64,000 nucleotides of DNA from Octopus sinensis (taxonomy: Eukaryota). The stretch lies in NCBI RefSeq assembly GCF_006345805.1, contig NC_043002.1, forward strand, positions 90,830,001-90,894,000. The letters are read 5' to 3'. The notes below the pieces were generated by a model that saw only the letters and a list, made by a program, of their open reading frames with translations, was not told the origin of the DNA and made no database searches. The position numbers and the translations under genes are program-made. Shown one piece after another: positions 51,301 through 64,000 of the stretch. The stretch's first letter is position 1, and each line of letters opens with the position of its first letter.

Positions 51301-51830
51301 CAGCATTTTTGATAATCTTAATTAAAAAAATTTCTCTCAGACATTTAAACATTAAATCAATTATTGATTTGTAATCACAAATAATTTTCTTTCCTCTGTT
51401 TTCACTCTTTTTTTTTTCTTCTTATAAATGACATTTATTCAGAGTGAGCAGTTGTAAAATTGCAATTAATTCTTGATCACTTTCCCAAAATTACAAGTTG
51501 GGTCAACAGTGGAATTCTATTTTATTTGTCAGTTGATCTTCAAATGTGTTGAGTAGCTATTGAATATCAATTTTCATCACCATTTTCAACATTACCATCA
51601 TCACAATCACCATCACCAATACCATCATCACCACCCTTAAGATACTTAGTAAGTAATGAATAGTTTATAGCCAGCACTAAGTGTTGAATACTGGTCAATT
51701 TATTAGAGAAATGATTAAAAAAAGAAAAAAAAATCAAATGAATTTAAGTTTCATGATTGACCAATCTATCAGGAAAGCACTGATTACTGAGTCCACCAGG
51801 GAGGCAAGAATTTAGAAAACATATGTAGAT

Positions 51831-52424
51831 CAGGGGTTCTCAACCACTTTTCATCTATGGACCCCCTTTGATTGCTATTTTGTTCTGGTGGACCCCATAG
51901 CCATTTGATGTTTAAAAACTAGTTCTATAGAATGTTATATATTTATTAAAGGCAGTGGAGCTGGCAGAATCATTAGCATGCTGAGCGAAATGCTTAGTGG
52001 TATTTCGTCTGCCGTTACATTCTGAGTTCAAATTCCACCGAGGTCGACTTTGCCTTTCATCCTTTCGGGGTCGATAAATTAAGTACCAGTTACACACTGG
52101 GGTCGATGTAATCGACTTAATCCCTTTGTCAGTACTTGTTTGTCCCCTCCATGTTTAGCCCCCTGTGGGTAAATAAAGAAATAAGAATGTTATTTATTAA
52201 TGTTCTTAACAGTAATTTGTGTAGGTTGAACTTTGTAAAATGTTAGAGAAAGAAATCTAGCTGTTTCTTGCAATACATACCAGTACCTATGTCTAAAACA
52301 AATTTTTTTCAGGGGGCCTTTAAAATACTAATGTGTATTCCCAATTTATCATTTTGTTCTGTGGGCTCCTTAAAATCTAATGTGGACTCTCAAGGGCCAT
52401 ATGGACCCTGACTGAGAACCACTA
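51831..52424. mobile_element. hAT-type MITE interrupted by a SINE-B (51951-52182)
   Basis: Termini caggggttctcaac / actgagaaccacta. The SINE is flanked by the near-duplicate agaatgtta(ta)tttattaa. Confidence 0.6.
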
Positions 52425-55056
52425 CCCTAGTTGGCTGTTAATATAAAGGGAAGTAACTATCCCCTCTCAATGGGAGAGGGTCTTAGAAATTTGAAATCAA
52501 AGAATATAAAAGGATACAAAGAATTCACATGTATAAATATATAGTTTAAATACATTTTTGTTATTGTTACTATCTATGGTGAAGTTCTTACAATTTCTAG
52601 TAAGTGGTAATGATGTATGGTATTGAGTTTGATTCCAAGATTGGGCTGTGTTGTGTTCTTGAGCAAGACACTTCATTTCATGTTGCTCCAGTTCACTCAA
52701 CTGTAGAAATGAGTCGTGATGCCACTGGTGCCAAGCTGTATTGGTGATTGCCTTTCCTTTGGATAACAGTGGTGATGTGGAGAGGGGAGGTTGATATGCA
52801 TGGGTGACTGCTGGTCTTCCATAAACAACCTTGCCCGGACTTGTGTCTTGGAGGGTAAATTTCAAGGTGCAATCCCATGGTCATTCATGACTGAAGGGGG
52901 TCTTTACCCTGTTTATTGATTGATGAGCTTACCAGAATGACAGCTTATTGTTGTTAATGATTCCATTTATAAGATAATTTAAACTGGGGTCTACATAACT
53001 TTTGGTGGGGCAGAACAAAATGTATGTGTGTGTAAGCGTAGATGTATGCGTGTGTTAAGAACATATAAGAATGGCAATGAAGATGATGACCATATCTGGG
53101 GACTCCAACTGGTTATACACAGTAAGTTGGTGCAACGGAATAAGAGACAATTTCCCCAATACCAACCAATCAGAGTAGTGGACACAACATATACATATAT
53201 ATAATAAATTGGGAGAGAGGAAGTTCGCTCAAGTCTATGCTGCAGCCTCTTTAAATTGGTTTGATTCCTAAAACTGGAATTAATATTGGTTATTGTTTTC
53301 ACGTGGTGAGCTTGCAGAATCCTTAGCACATTGGGCAAAGTGCTAAGCAGTATTTCGTTCATCTGTACATTCTGAGTTCAAATTCTACAGAGGTTGACTT
53401 TGCCTTTCATTCTTTCAGGGTTGATAAAATAAGTAGTAGTAGAGCACTGGGATCGATGTAATCGACTTACCCCTCCTCTGAAACTGCTGGCTATGTACCA
53501 AAATTTGGAACCAATAGTTGTTATTGGTTAGAAAGAAAGTTGGTCGAAATAATAACTTTCATTCTCACAATCCTGAGTTCAAAATAATATCGGGATTGAC
53601 TTCAAAATTTTTCTCTCTATTATTAACTGGGTGGGAGGCTGTAATATAAAAGGAATCAATTCAAATTTTATGACCAAATTCTTCAAATGACTGCTATTCA
53701 CAGATGTTCAGAATATCTTTCAGTATCAGCTCAATGTTGACAGTGAGCAATGAACAAGAGTATGGTCATGTCCCTCAGATGATCAACAAAATAAGAGGAA
53801 GATATCTGCGCTGTTTGATAAACAACCAGAGTTTCCATCCAAAGCAGGGCATTATTTAGGAACCAATTCCATGGGTTGATGAACCCTGCCTGACCTTTCA
53901 AAGCCATAGCAAGACTCTGATAAAGGATCGTGATGCTATGCCTAGTGATGATCCTATGACACTGATGACAGAACAGGATGTGTGTTGGGTTTATCACTGA
54001 ACCCAGAACAAGAGTAAATTTTAGTCAAGTGATGATGATAATGGTTCAATCAATTACAGCTGTCCCTCACATAAAATTGGTGTAGTGCCTTAAAACAGAT
54101 CAATATTAGTTATTGGTGAATCTGCCACAGAGATAAATAGCTTATGACTAGTTGTGAATTCAAAGTGAGTTGTTGATCAGTGTCTGAGAAAAGCTAGCAG
54201 TGTGTATCAATCAGGATACTGACGACTAAATGGTCTTCTTCTATCCTCCTTAATAAAACAGTTCATTAAGATTTCCTACATCTTAATCTCCATTCACAAG
54301 CCTGCTGTGATACAATTAGTAGTGTTTCTATTACAAGCTGTTATTTACAACAAAAGGCTACATTAAGTTTTATTACAATTGTAATACAAGCCATCTCTTT
54401 GGTACCCCAGCCCAACCTCTATGCAACTTGCAAAATTGAACAAGACTGTGGAGACGCATAATGCTAATTGTTGTGTTTACTTCTTGTCGAGCTTCGTTGT
54501 TCCTCATTAAAACTGTTAGAAAAAGAGAGAGAGAGAGAGAGGACAACTTCATTATGCTTCATTATGAATTCTCCGATGCCGTTTTGTCGTATTTTTTTAA
54601 CATCTACTCATGAAATTGATGTTATCTTTTGATAGACTAAATAATGAAAGAATACGCAGCTTTTAACAATTAGAATTACAAAATGTTTTCTGTGAATATA
54701 CTTATATCCTTTGAATGGGAGGTGAAATAGTTCAAATAGATTCTTAGTGCTATATTCAATTATTTGGTTCTGTGTCTTAGCGGTTGTATGTTCAAATTAT
54801 AGTAGAGATAACTTTGTCTTTATTACATTATTTAATGGAGGATCAGGAGAGAGATTTTTTTCCAGGCACTTAGATCACTCCAGAACAAGGAGATTGTTCA
54901 TCATCAGCCTTACAAATGTGACCATTCAGTCCTCTTTTTAGGCACAGTATATCTAGGAGTATATTATCATGTGTATCATTTTTTTTAAAGATGGTAATGT
55001 AAGGTTTCAAGGAGATTTGGCTGCAGGTCAAACAATTATATAAATTGCTTCAACAA

Positions 55057-58000
55057 TCATCATCATCATCATCATCATCATTTAGCGTCCGTTTTCCATG
55101 CTAGCATGGGTTGGACGGTTCTACTGGGGTCTGTGAAGCCAGAAGGCTTCATCAGGCCCAGTCAAATCTGGCAGTGTTTCTACGGCTGGATGCCCTTCCT
55201 AACGCCAACCACTCCGTGAGTGTAGTGGGTGCTTTTTACGTGCCACCCGCACTGGTGCCAGACAGAGCTGGCAAACGGCCACGAACGGATGGTGCTTTTT
55301 ATGTGCCACCGGCACGAGGGCCAGGCGAGGCTGGCAACGGACACGAAACGGGGCGGTGCTGGCAACGGTCGTGAACGGAAAGTTTTCTCTTACATGCCAC
55401 CGGCACTGGTAACACATCTGCAATTTCCATTGATCGATTTCCATTGATCGATTTCGATTCTGATCCTCACTTGCCTCAATGGGTCTTCACAAGCAGAGTT
55501 TCGACATGCCACCGGCACTGGTAGCACATCCGCAATTTCCATTGATCGATTTCGATTCTGATCCTCACTTGCCTCAACACGTCTTCACAAGTAGAGTTTT
55601 GGTCCCAAGAAGGGAAGGTATGCATACGTAGGCTGGCTCCATCCCATGTAGAAGGCCACGGGTTGTGGACTCACTTGTCCTGCCGGGTCTTCTCGCGCAC
55701 AGCACACTTCCAGAGGTCTCGGTCTCTAGTCATTTCCTCAGTGAGACCTAAAGTTCGAAGGTCGTGCTTCACCACCTCGTCCCAGGTTTTCCTGGGTCTG
55801 CCTCTTCCACAGGTTCCCTCAACCGCTAGGGTGTGGCACTTTTTCACACAACTATCTTCATCATCATTCTCGCCACATGACCATACCAGCGCAAACGTCT
55901 CTCTTGCACACCACAACTGATGCTTCTTAGGTCCAGCTTTTCTCTCAAGGTACTTACACTCTGCCGAGTGTGAGTACCGGCATTACACATCCATCGGAGC
56001 ATACTGGCTTCATTTCTAGCGAGCTTACGCATATCCTCAGCAGTCACGGCCCATGTTTCACTGCCATGTAGCATGGCTGTTCGTACACACGCATCATACA
56101 GTCTGCCTTTCACTCTGTGCGAGAGGCCTTTTGTCACCAGCAGAGGTAAGAGCTCTCTGAACTTTGCCCAAGCTATTCTTACTCTAGCAGTTACACTTTC
56201 AGCACACCCACCCCCGCTGCTGACTTGGTCACCTAGGTAACGGAACTATCAACTATTTCTAGTTTTTCTCCCTGGAAAGTGACGGAAGTTGGTCTCAGAG
56301 CATTTTCAGTGTTTATTGTTCCTGAGCATCTGCCACATACAAAAACCATCTTCCTAGTTAGCCTTCCTTTGACATTGCTGCATCTCTTATGTGTCCATAG
56401 CTTACACTTGGTGCATCTTAGAGTTTCTACCTACACCTTTTCTACAGATCGAGCAGGGCCATCTACCTGAAGGCGTTTGTGATTTGTCTACCTTCCTACT
56501 GATTACGACTTTGGTTTTAGCTAGATTGACTCTGAGGCCCTTCGATTCTAATCCTTGTTTCCACACCTGAAACTTCTCCTCCAGTTCTGATAGCGACTCA
56601 GCAATTAGAGCAAGGTCATCAGCATAGAGGAGCTCCCAGGGCATCCTGTCTTGAATTCCTCCGTTATTGCCTGGAGGACTATGATAAATAGGAGGGGGCT
56701 GAGTACTGAGCCTTGGTGGACCCCTACCTCTACCCGGAATTCTTCACTGTACTCATTTCCAACCCTCACCCTACTAGCGGCGTCCCTATACATGGCCCGC
56801 ACACGCTCTCACTAACCATTCATCTATCCCTAGTTTTCTCATTGCCCACCAGATAAGGGATCGGGGGCCCTGTCGAAGGCTTTCTCCATGTCAACAAAAG
56901 CCAGGTACAGGGGCTTATCTTTGGCTAGGTATTTCTCCTGCAGCTGCCTTACCAGGAATATAGCATCAGTAGTACTTTTCCCTGGCACAAACCCAACTCT
57001 GCATCTCATCTAAACTAACTCTCTCTCTAATTAGTTGGGCTATGACCCTCTCCGTACCTTCATCACCTGGTCCAACAGCTTGATACCTCTGTAGTTATTT
57101 GTATCTAGGGCATCACCTTTACCTTTGTAGCAGTTGACTATTATACTGCTACACCAGTCATTGGGTATGACCCCTTTGTGTATCACCTGATTAACTATAT
57201 GGGTGACTAGGCTATAGCCGACACTACCAGACATTTTGAGCATCTCTGCAGTGATTCCTGATGGGCCTGGGGCTTTCCCTGTCTTCATGCTTCTAATTGC
57301 CTTAGCTACCACAGAACTATCAACTCGGATAGCTGGTCCCTCTGTTGGGTCAAACATTCGGCAGACTCTCTTATCCCATTCATTTTCTTTCATTCAGCAA
57401 CCTTTCATAGTGGCATCTCCAACCTCTCTCTTCGCATCCTCATTTAGTGCAAGTGAACCATCTTCCATGCGAACACACTTCTCTCCTACCACATCACGAT
57501 TCTCCTCAAACACTGTCTTGCAACACACGAACACCTCCAGTCTTTGGTCCTCACGGCGCAGAACATTGGCAAATTTTTTCTTATCTGCTTCCCTCTGGCT
57601 AAATAACCTGTCTCCTAGCTTCTCTTTTGGCAGTCTGATACAATTCCCTGCTACCCCCATTTTTCCAGACCTTCCAAGCCTGTCTCTTTTCTCTTAATAG
57701 CCCTGTCTACAATGTTCCACCACCAACCACGTTATCTAGGTCGAGAGGGGACTTGCACCAGCCACAGATCTGGTCAGTGGCTCTCAGCAGGTTGTCCCTT
57801 AGAAACGTCCAGCTGTCTTCTACCCCCTGTGATGCTCTATCCCCTTCTACTTCGTCAGAGGCTTCAAGTAATATGTCCCTAAATCTCTGTCCATTTGCAG
57901 GATCTTTAAGCTTCCAGATCCTTCTTCTCCATATTTGTCGTCTTCTTGTTGTCCTCCTAGTCCTGATCCTAAAGTCACTAACTACCAGTCTATGTTGTGG

Positions 58001-59755
58001 GGTACATTCTTCACCTGGGAAGGTTTTGGCATTTATAAGCAGCCATCTCTCCCTTTGCCTTGTAAGGATGTAGTCAATTTGGCTGGTATGTTGGCCCGAT
58101 TGGTAAGTGACTAGGTGGCTGGTAGGTTTCCTGAAGTTAGTGTTGCAAATCATAAGATTATTTGCATCGCAGAACTCCAGCACCTGGTTCCCTCCTCGTT
58201 GCGGGAGCCATAGCCATAGCCTCCATGTACGCCATGGAAGCCCCCAGCATGTCGTCCAACGTGACCATTGAAGTCACCAGCCACAAAGATAAGGTCTCTG
58301 TCGTTCGTCAATGAGGTAGTCTGCAGTAGAGTGTCATAGAATCGGTCTTTCTGTCCATCGGTAGCCCCGACTGAGGAGCATAGGCTGATATAATGGTTGC
58401 TAAACTATGATGAAGCACTAATCTAATCTTAAGTATTCTGTCACTACTTACTCTGATTACCTCATTACTTTATCTACCCATTTCTCAGCGATAAGTATAC
58501 CCACGCCACCAACCCCGTCAGTGTTCCCTGCCCAGAAAATCTGTACCTGCGTTCCTTGCCTGTGAGGAACCTAGCTGATCCTCCTCTCCACCTTATTTCT
58601 TGCATGCAACATATATCCACACATCTCCGTTCAAGCATCTCGACTATCTCACCAGACCTACCTTTCAGAGTGCCAACGTTGAGGGTGCCAACCCTGAGGG
58701 TGTGGAAGGCATGGGCTCTAGAGACCCTGGGACGGTGGACAGTAGCTTCGTGTACCTGAAAAGAAAGCTCGCATTTGGCAGAATTCATGTGCAAGAAATG
58801 AAGTAGTAAAGTAGCCTTCAGTACAACCTGCATAACGCTAGCCTTTCATATTTTGCACTGTATGAACATTACCTTACATAGGTCGAGACTAGGGGTAGGG
58901 ATGGTGAGAGCATTTGCAGTCTTCATGGGAAGCAACCCCGGAATGGAAGAGAATAGGAACTTCCGGCATGCGTGGTGGGGGTGTGAGGGCGGGTGCACCG
59001 TAGCTGAGTAAAGAGGTTCTGTTAATCGTGAGCTAGCAAATGGGTTTGTATGAATCGGGAGACAATACTAAACGAAAAATTGAAAAATTGAAAAATCAGA
59101 GTGGCTATGAACCTGGAGAAAGTCTAAACGGAAAAAAAAAAAAAAAAAAAAAAAATGTTTGAGCTAGACAGGGTAATGAGGGAATACTGAAAGAATGAGT
59201 GACAATACAATGAGATGGAAATTGAAGAATAGAGAAAGAATAAGGATAAGTGCAAGAAAGAAGGTAGTCGTAGCGAGGTTGGACGATTCACTAACTTTTA
59301 GCCATTCGTGATCTGTGCGTATTCTTTAGATATTTTGAAGCGAGTGGGGTTAACGATAAATGCGATGGTTTTGGGGAGGGGGGGGCATAGAGGACCATGG
59401 CGATGATGGTTATGGGAAGGGGGGACTAAGCGAGAGAGATATCGGTTTAGTTAGAGAGAGAGGTCAAGGGAAACGTGACAATAAGCGGTGTGAGGGAATT
59501 TGACTGGGGACGGCATTGTCGATAAATAAACATTAGATAAATAGGTTTGAAATCAGAAAAAATCAGAGGGATATATCATTATTGATAGCTAATATAACAC
59601 CGTAGCTGAGTAAAGAGGTTCTGTTAATCGGGAGCTAGCAAATGGGTTTGTATGAATCGGGAGACAATACTAACGAAAAATTGAAAAATTGAAAAATCAG
59701 AGTGGCTATGACCTGGAGACAAGTCTAAACGAAAAAAAAAAAAAAAAAAAAAAAA
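55057..59755 (-). mobile_element. Near full-length RTE-clade LINE (5' UTR, APE, RT, PHD-type finger, 3' UTR)
   Basis: APE start LRVGTLNVGTLKG...CCMQEIRWRG; FNGHVG; SQIDYIL; RT motifs HQGSVLSPLLF and YADD; RLRWYGHV; (GAT)n tail. About 4.7 kb with at least 8 frame breaks. Confidence 0.95.
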
Positions 59756-59758
59756 CTC

Positions 59759-59842
59759 ATACTAAAATTGGAATGATACAAAGATTAGCATGGCCCCTAT
59801 ACAAGGATGACATGCAAATTCATGAAGCATTCCATATTTTTT
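59759..59842 (+). pseudogene. RNU6: U6 snRNA pseudogene (5' ~20 nt missing here)
   Basis: atactaaaattggaatgataca---aagattagcatggcccctatacaaggatgacatgcaaattcatgaagcattccatatttttt aligns to canonical U6. All CpGs are decayed and GAG is deleted from the ACAGAGA box. Confidence 0.92.
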
Positions 59843-60334
59843 AAATCATATAAAGGTTTACTTATCAACCCATTGTAGTTCATAAAGCTACATACCAGTA
59901 AGTAATTATCTCTAATGACATCATTTAATTACACAGTTGAGAAAATTAGTTTTGTGCCAAGTCAAAAATCTATATATCAATACAATAGTAAGTTCATATC
60001 CACCTACTTCTGTGTAATACTAAGCATATAACATGAATAGAGAAAGCGGCAGAGGAAGAGAAATGCAGATGAGCTGAAAGAAAGATATAGACAGAGAGAG
60101 GAGATACAAGCAAGAGAAAGATGGTAAATTTGAAGAGACTGAAGACAGAAGAGGAGAAGGATGAATTTCAAGACACAGCCATGTCACTATATTTGTACTT
60201 AACTCATTCTCTTATTCCCCCCCCCTCTCTCTCTCTCTCTACATTTGTTTGAAGTGTTTTTGAATTGTAGCTTAGTGTATAAATTAGTTACTTTGCTACA
60301 AGAGTTCAGAAAATGCTAAGAATTTCTCAATATG

Positions 60335-60379
<45 letters not shown>

Positions 60380-60542
60380 TGCATGTATGTATGTATGTAT
60401 GTATGTATGTATGTATGTATGTATGGATGTATGTTGTATGTATGTATGTATGTATGTATGTATGTTGTATGTATGGTGTATGTATGTATGTATGGATGTA
60501 TGTATGTATGTATGTATGTATGTATGATGGATGTATGTATGG

Positions 60543-60573
<31 letters not shown>

Positions 60574-60650
60574 TGTATGTATGTATGTATATCTATATAT
60601 ATATATATATATATATATATGAACATCAGCATGTGTTGCATGTATGCACA

Positions 60651-60689
<39 letters not shown>

Positions 60690-61115
60690 GTATATAACTG
60701 AAAGCTAAGTGAAAGTCAGGATGTAACTGAAGACGCAGTCATGTTAAGCTTATTTGTAAATATCCTCAGGTTATCGTTGCAATTATAACAATAAATCAAA
60801 ATAAGTATATTTTAACTTTTAATATTTGTATATTTTTATTCATTTAATCTTTTAATGATTATTGGATTGCAGCCATACTGGAGTGCTGCCTTCAAGGGTT
60901 TAGTTGAGCATATCGACCTTCAGCAATTATCTTTAAGTTGGGTACTTATGTCATCATGATGTATTTGACAAAACCCCTATGTTACTCTAACTCAGTATCA
61001 TCACTGGTTTTAACAGCATCAACGTAAACACAGATTCATACACATAAATTTATATATATAAAGATAGTTATGGCTGGTCTATGGAGTTACCCAGGGTTTC
61101 ACGTTCATAAAGTGC

Positions 61116-61531
61116 GGATCTTTTCGGTTTGAACAGCAGTTTTTTCTAGCAGTGTCATATGAAATTGTCACCCATAATTATGACCCTAGAATCGATCTAT
61201 TGCATTTCAATCTCTTTTAGGGTTAGGGTTAGGGGTGGGGGAAGGGTATCTTTTTTTCTTCAGAAATGTAAATAAACCCAATCTGTTTCTTAAACGAGGG
61301 ACATATTCATACGGCACGGAATGTTTTTTAACTCAATAGACGTCATTGATTGGTTGAAATTGCAGAAATTGAAGAAAAACAACAACAAATATCTTAAAAA
61401 CTATAGAATTTTCTCAATAAAGTCAAGAGAAAAAGATGTTTTATAAACACATTCTACTAGTATACGAAGTTTAAAATTTTTTAGTTACTTAGAAATTATG
61501 TTAAAAACTGCCATTCAAACAGAAAAGATCC
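61116..61531. mobile_element. Second copy of the TTAGGG-carrying MITE
   Basis: Same TIRs and body as 6263-6671. TSD only partial (taaagtgc / taaagcta). Confidence 0.8.
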
Positions 61532-62411
61532 TAAAGCTATATAGCATCTCTTCAGACCCTAACAGCCGGTGGCCTTTAACCTCTCTTCAAAGTGGTAAAG
61601 ACCTCATGGCTGATTGTTGAATACACAGAGAAAGGAGAAGGGCTGAGCATGAGTGATTGTCTCCCATAGACTGCTATACGTAATCGACCTGGTCAGCTTG
61701 CGGGTTCCAGGACTTCAAAGCAGGGTCCAAAAACTTCTGTCCTGAAATTTAAGATGTTCTCCACATCAAGGGAGTTCTTTAATATTCTTGCCCATTCAGC
61801 TATGCAGAGCTTGCAATGCTTGCTCCTGAGATTATGTGTATATATGGCGTTAGGAAGGGCATCCAGCTGTAGAAACACTGCCAGATAAGACTGGAGCCTG
61901 GTGCAGCCTTCTGGCTTTCCAGATCCCCGGTCGAACCGTCCAACCCATGCTAGCATGGAGAACGGACGTTAAACGATGATGATGATGATGATAGGCAATT
62001 AGGATAAATCCCGGCTGTTTCTTCTTGAAGCACATCTGCTTGTTCCTTTATTCTTTTCTACTCTAGGCATAAGGCCCGAAATTTGTGGGGAGGGAGCCAG
62101 TCAATTAGATCGACCTCAGTACACAACTGGTACTTAATTCATCGACCCTGAAAAGGATGAAAGACAGAGTCGACCTCAGTGGAATTTGAACTCAGAAGTA
62201 AAGACAGACGAAATACCGCTAAGCATTTCGTCAGTGTTCTAACGTTTTTGCCAGCTTGCCACTTTGCTTATTTCATTATTACAATCAATATGTATCCATA
62301 ATTGCTGTTGTATGTTAGTCAAAGTACATATAAAAATTGAGAATTATGGAAATAATATTTGCAGAGTTATAGTATAACAAAACACCCCAAAATTTCCACT
62401 TTCCTCTTTTC

Positions 62412-62442
<31 letters not shown>

Positions 62443-63050
62443 CATACATGTACACATACACATGCATGAGCACACATTTGGCTTCTATATTGTTGCTGCC
62501 TATATAATTTCACTCCAACATTAATCAGCTTGAGGTTATGGTAGATGACACTTTACCCAAGTTGCTATGCAGTGGAATCAAATCAGGAATCACATGATTT
62601 CAAAGTGAAACCATGCTTTTGCCTATATAACTAATGCTTTTTTGAGAATCCACACATCTCTGTGGGACAGCTGTACTTTTATTCAACAGAGCCATATTTT
62701 CAAGTGAATCTTTATGAATTTTTCTCTAATATGAATACAAGGATGTAATACAACATATTAAAATCTGCCAAGTCTTAGTCGTACAGCAACAAAATGATAT
62801 TATAGAGAGACTATTGATTATATCTTCTATTTTGTTGTCTAGTAAGGATTGTTTATTTCTCGGTGTAAAGTGAAAAATAATAGATACCAACTCTCAAGAT
62901 AGGAGACATGATACTTGTGTAACAAGGGCTTTAACTTCCAGAGATGTTGTCACCAAACACAGCACACTCAGTACTACCAATAGGGACTTCTACACTATCA
63001 AAAGTATCAAATGTTTCAAACAAAATTCATTTCCAAAAGAAATTTATATA

Positions 63051-63440
63051 CTCTTTTAACTCTTTTACTTGTTTCAGTCATTTGACTGCAGCCATGCTGG
63101 AGCACCGCCTTTTTTAACCCCGGGACTTATTCTTTTGTAAGCCCAGTACTTATTCTATCGGTCTCTTTTGCCGAACCGCTAAGTGACGGGTACATAAACA
63201 CACCAGCATCGGTTGTCAAGCAATGCTGAGTGGCTGTGGTAAGTAGCTTGTTTACCAACCACATGGTTCCAGGTTCAGTCCCACTGCATGGCACCTTGGG
63301 CAAGTGTCTTCTGCTATAGCCTCGGGCCGACCAAAGCCTTGTGAGTGAATTTGGTAGACGGAAACTGAAAGAAGCCCGTCATATATATGTATATATATAT
63401 GCGTGTGTGTGTTTGTGTGTCTGTGTTTGTCTCCCTAGCA
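63051..63440. mobile_element. SINE family A with an inverted 5' half
   Basis: 63051-63227 is the 3' half on the minus strand. 63228-63440 is the 5' half on the plus strand. Confidence 0.85.
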
Positions 63441-64000
63441 TATATATTTCATGATTCTCTATAAACTTTTAACCATCTTACAAATTTCAAAATAACCATG
63501 GAATTTCCACAAGTTCTGCCAGTAAATCACTATTTTATCAGCTAATTATTCTTACCTTCTTATCTTAGCATTTTCTCCTTATATTTTCTATACCTGCTTG
63601 TTGGTCTATCTCTCTTTCTTACTTCTTTCGTTTTTCTCACACTCCTTCCACTCTATTTCTTCTTCACTGTATATCAATGCATGCATATATGTCTGTCTAT
63701 ATGTTAGATCACTCCATGGCCGGTCACTCTTAGTGCTACTGGTGACATGTAACCCAGTACAACCTGGTACATGGTAGGGCTATCAGCAGCAACTAAACTA
63801 GCAACCCCATCATGCCCTTGCTGGGTAAGGAGGGTGGGTTTTCATTGGACACCCTGTGGGATGAAAAGCAAAACCAGTCAAAGGAAGGATGAACTCAGTA
63901 GAATCAACAGCCATCCTACAGCTAGGAGTGAGAGACTCCGAAGGAAATTCCAAAATAACACCTGCCTCATTACAAAGCCAAATATCTTGCTTTTGCATGT

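Noticed and set aside
49273-64000. Next PLEKHH exon (expected phase 2, with GKYA..CQR...RE..PSRME-like content)
   Set aside because: I found no matching segment. It probably lies beyond the window, or I missed it.

Overview
This is AT-rich, repeat-dense animal genomic DNA. The SINE families, RTE LINEs and microsatellite load suggest an octopus or other coleoid cephalopod; that is inference, not a database match. I found one host gene, represented by three + strand coding exons (8664-8776, 45480-45659, 49052-49272). They splice in frame into the start of the MyTH4 domain of a PLEKHH1/2 (MAX-1)-like protein, with introns of 36.7 kb and 3.4 kb. Most of the identifiable remainder is mobile DNA. 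Retroelements: a near full-length RTE LINE (55057-59755, -) and a 5'-truncated one (31775-34646, +), both with a PHD-type finger inside the RT; R4/Dong-like REL elements in (TAA)n; RTE and CR1 3' ends; and four tRNA-derived SINE families. DNA elements: a full-length decayed DD34D mariner, a DD37D remnant, non-autonomous Helitrons (including a head-to-tail dimer) and several MITEs. There is also a U6 pseudogene. The most unusual observations are a type I hammerhead ribozyme in a retrozyme-like unit next to a 594-bp foldback, a SINE with a twin-priming-type 5' inversion, an RTE LINE apparently inserted into a U6 retrocopy with a duplicated poly(T)-led 5' module, and the PHD finger embedded in the RT. 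Nearly all ORFs in the supplied track are microsatellite or transposon artefacts.
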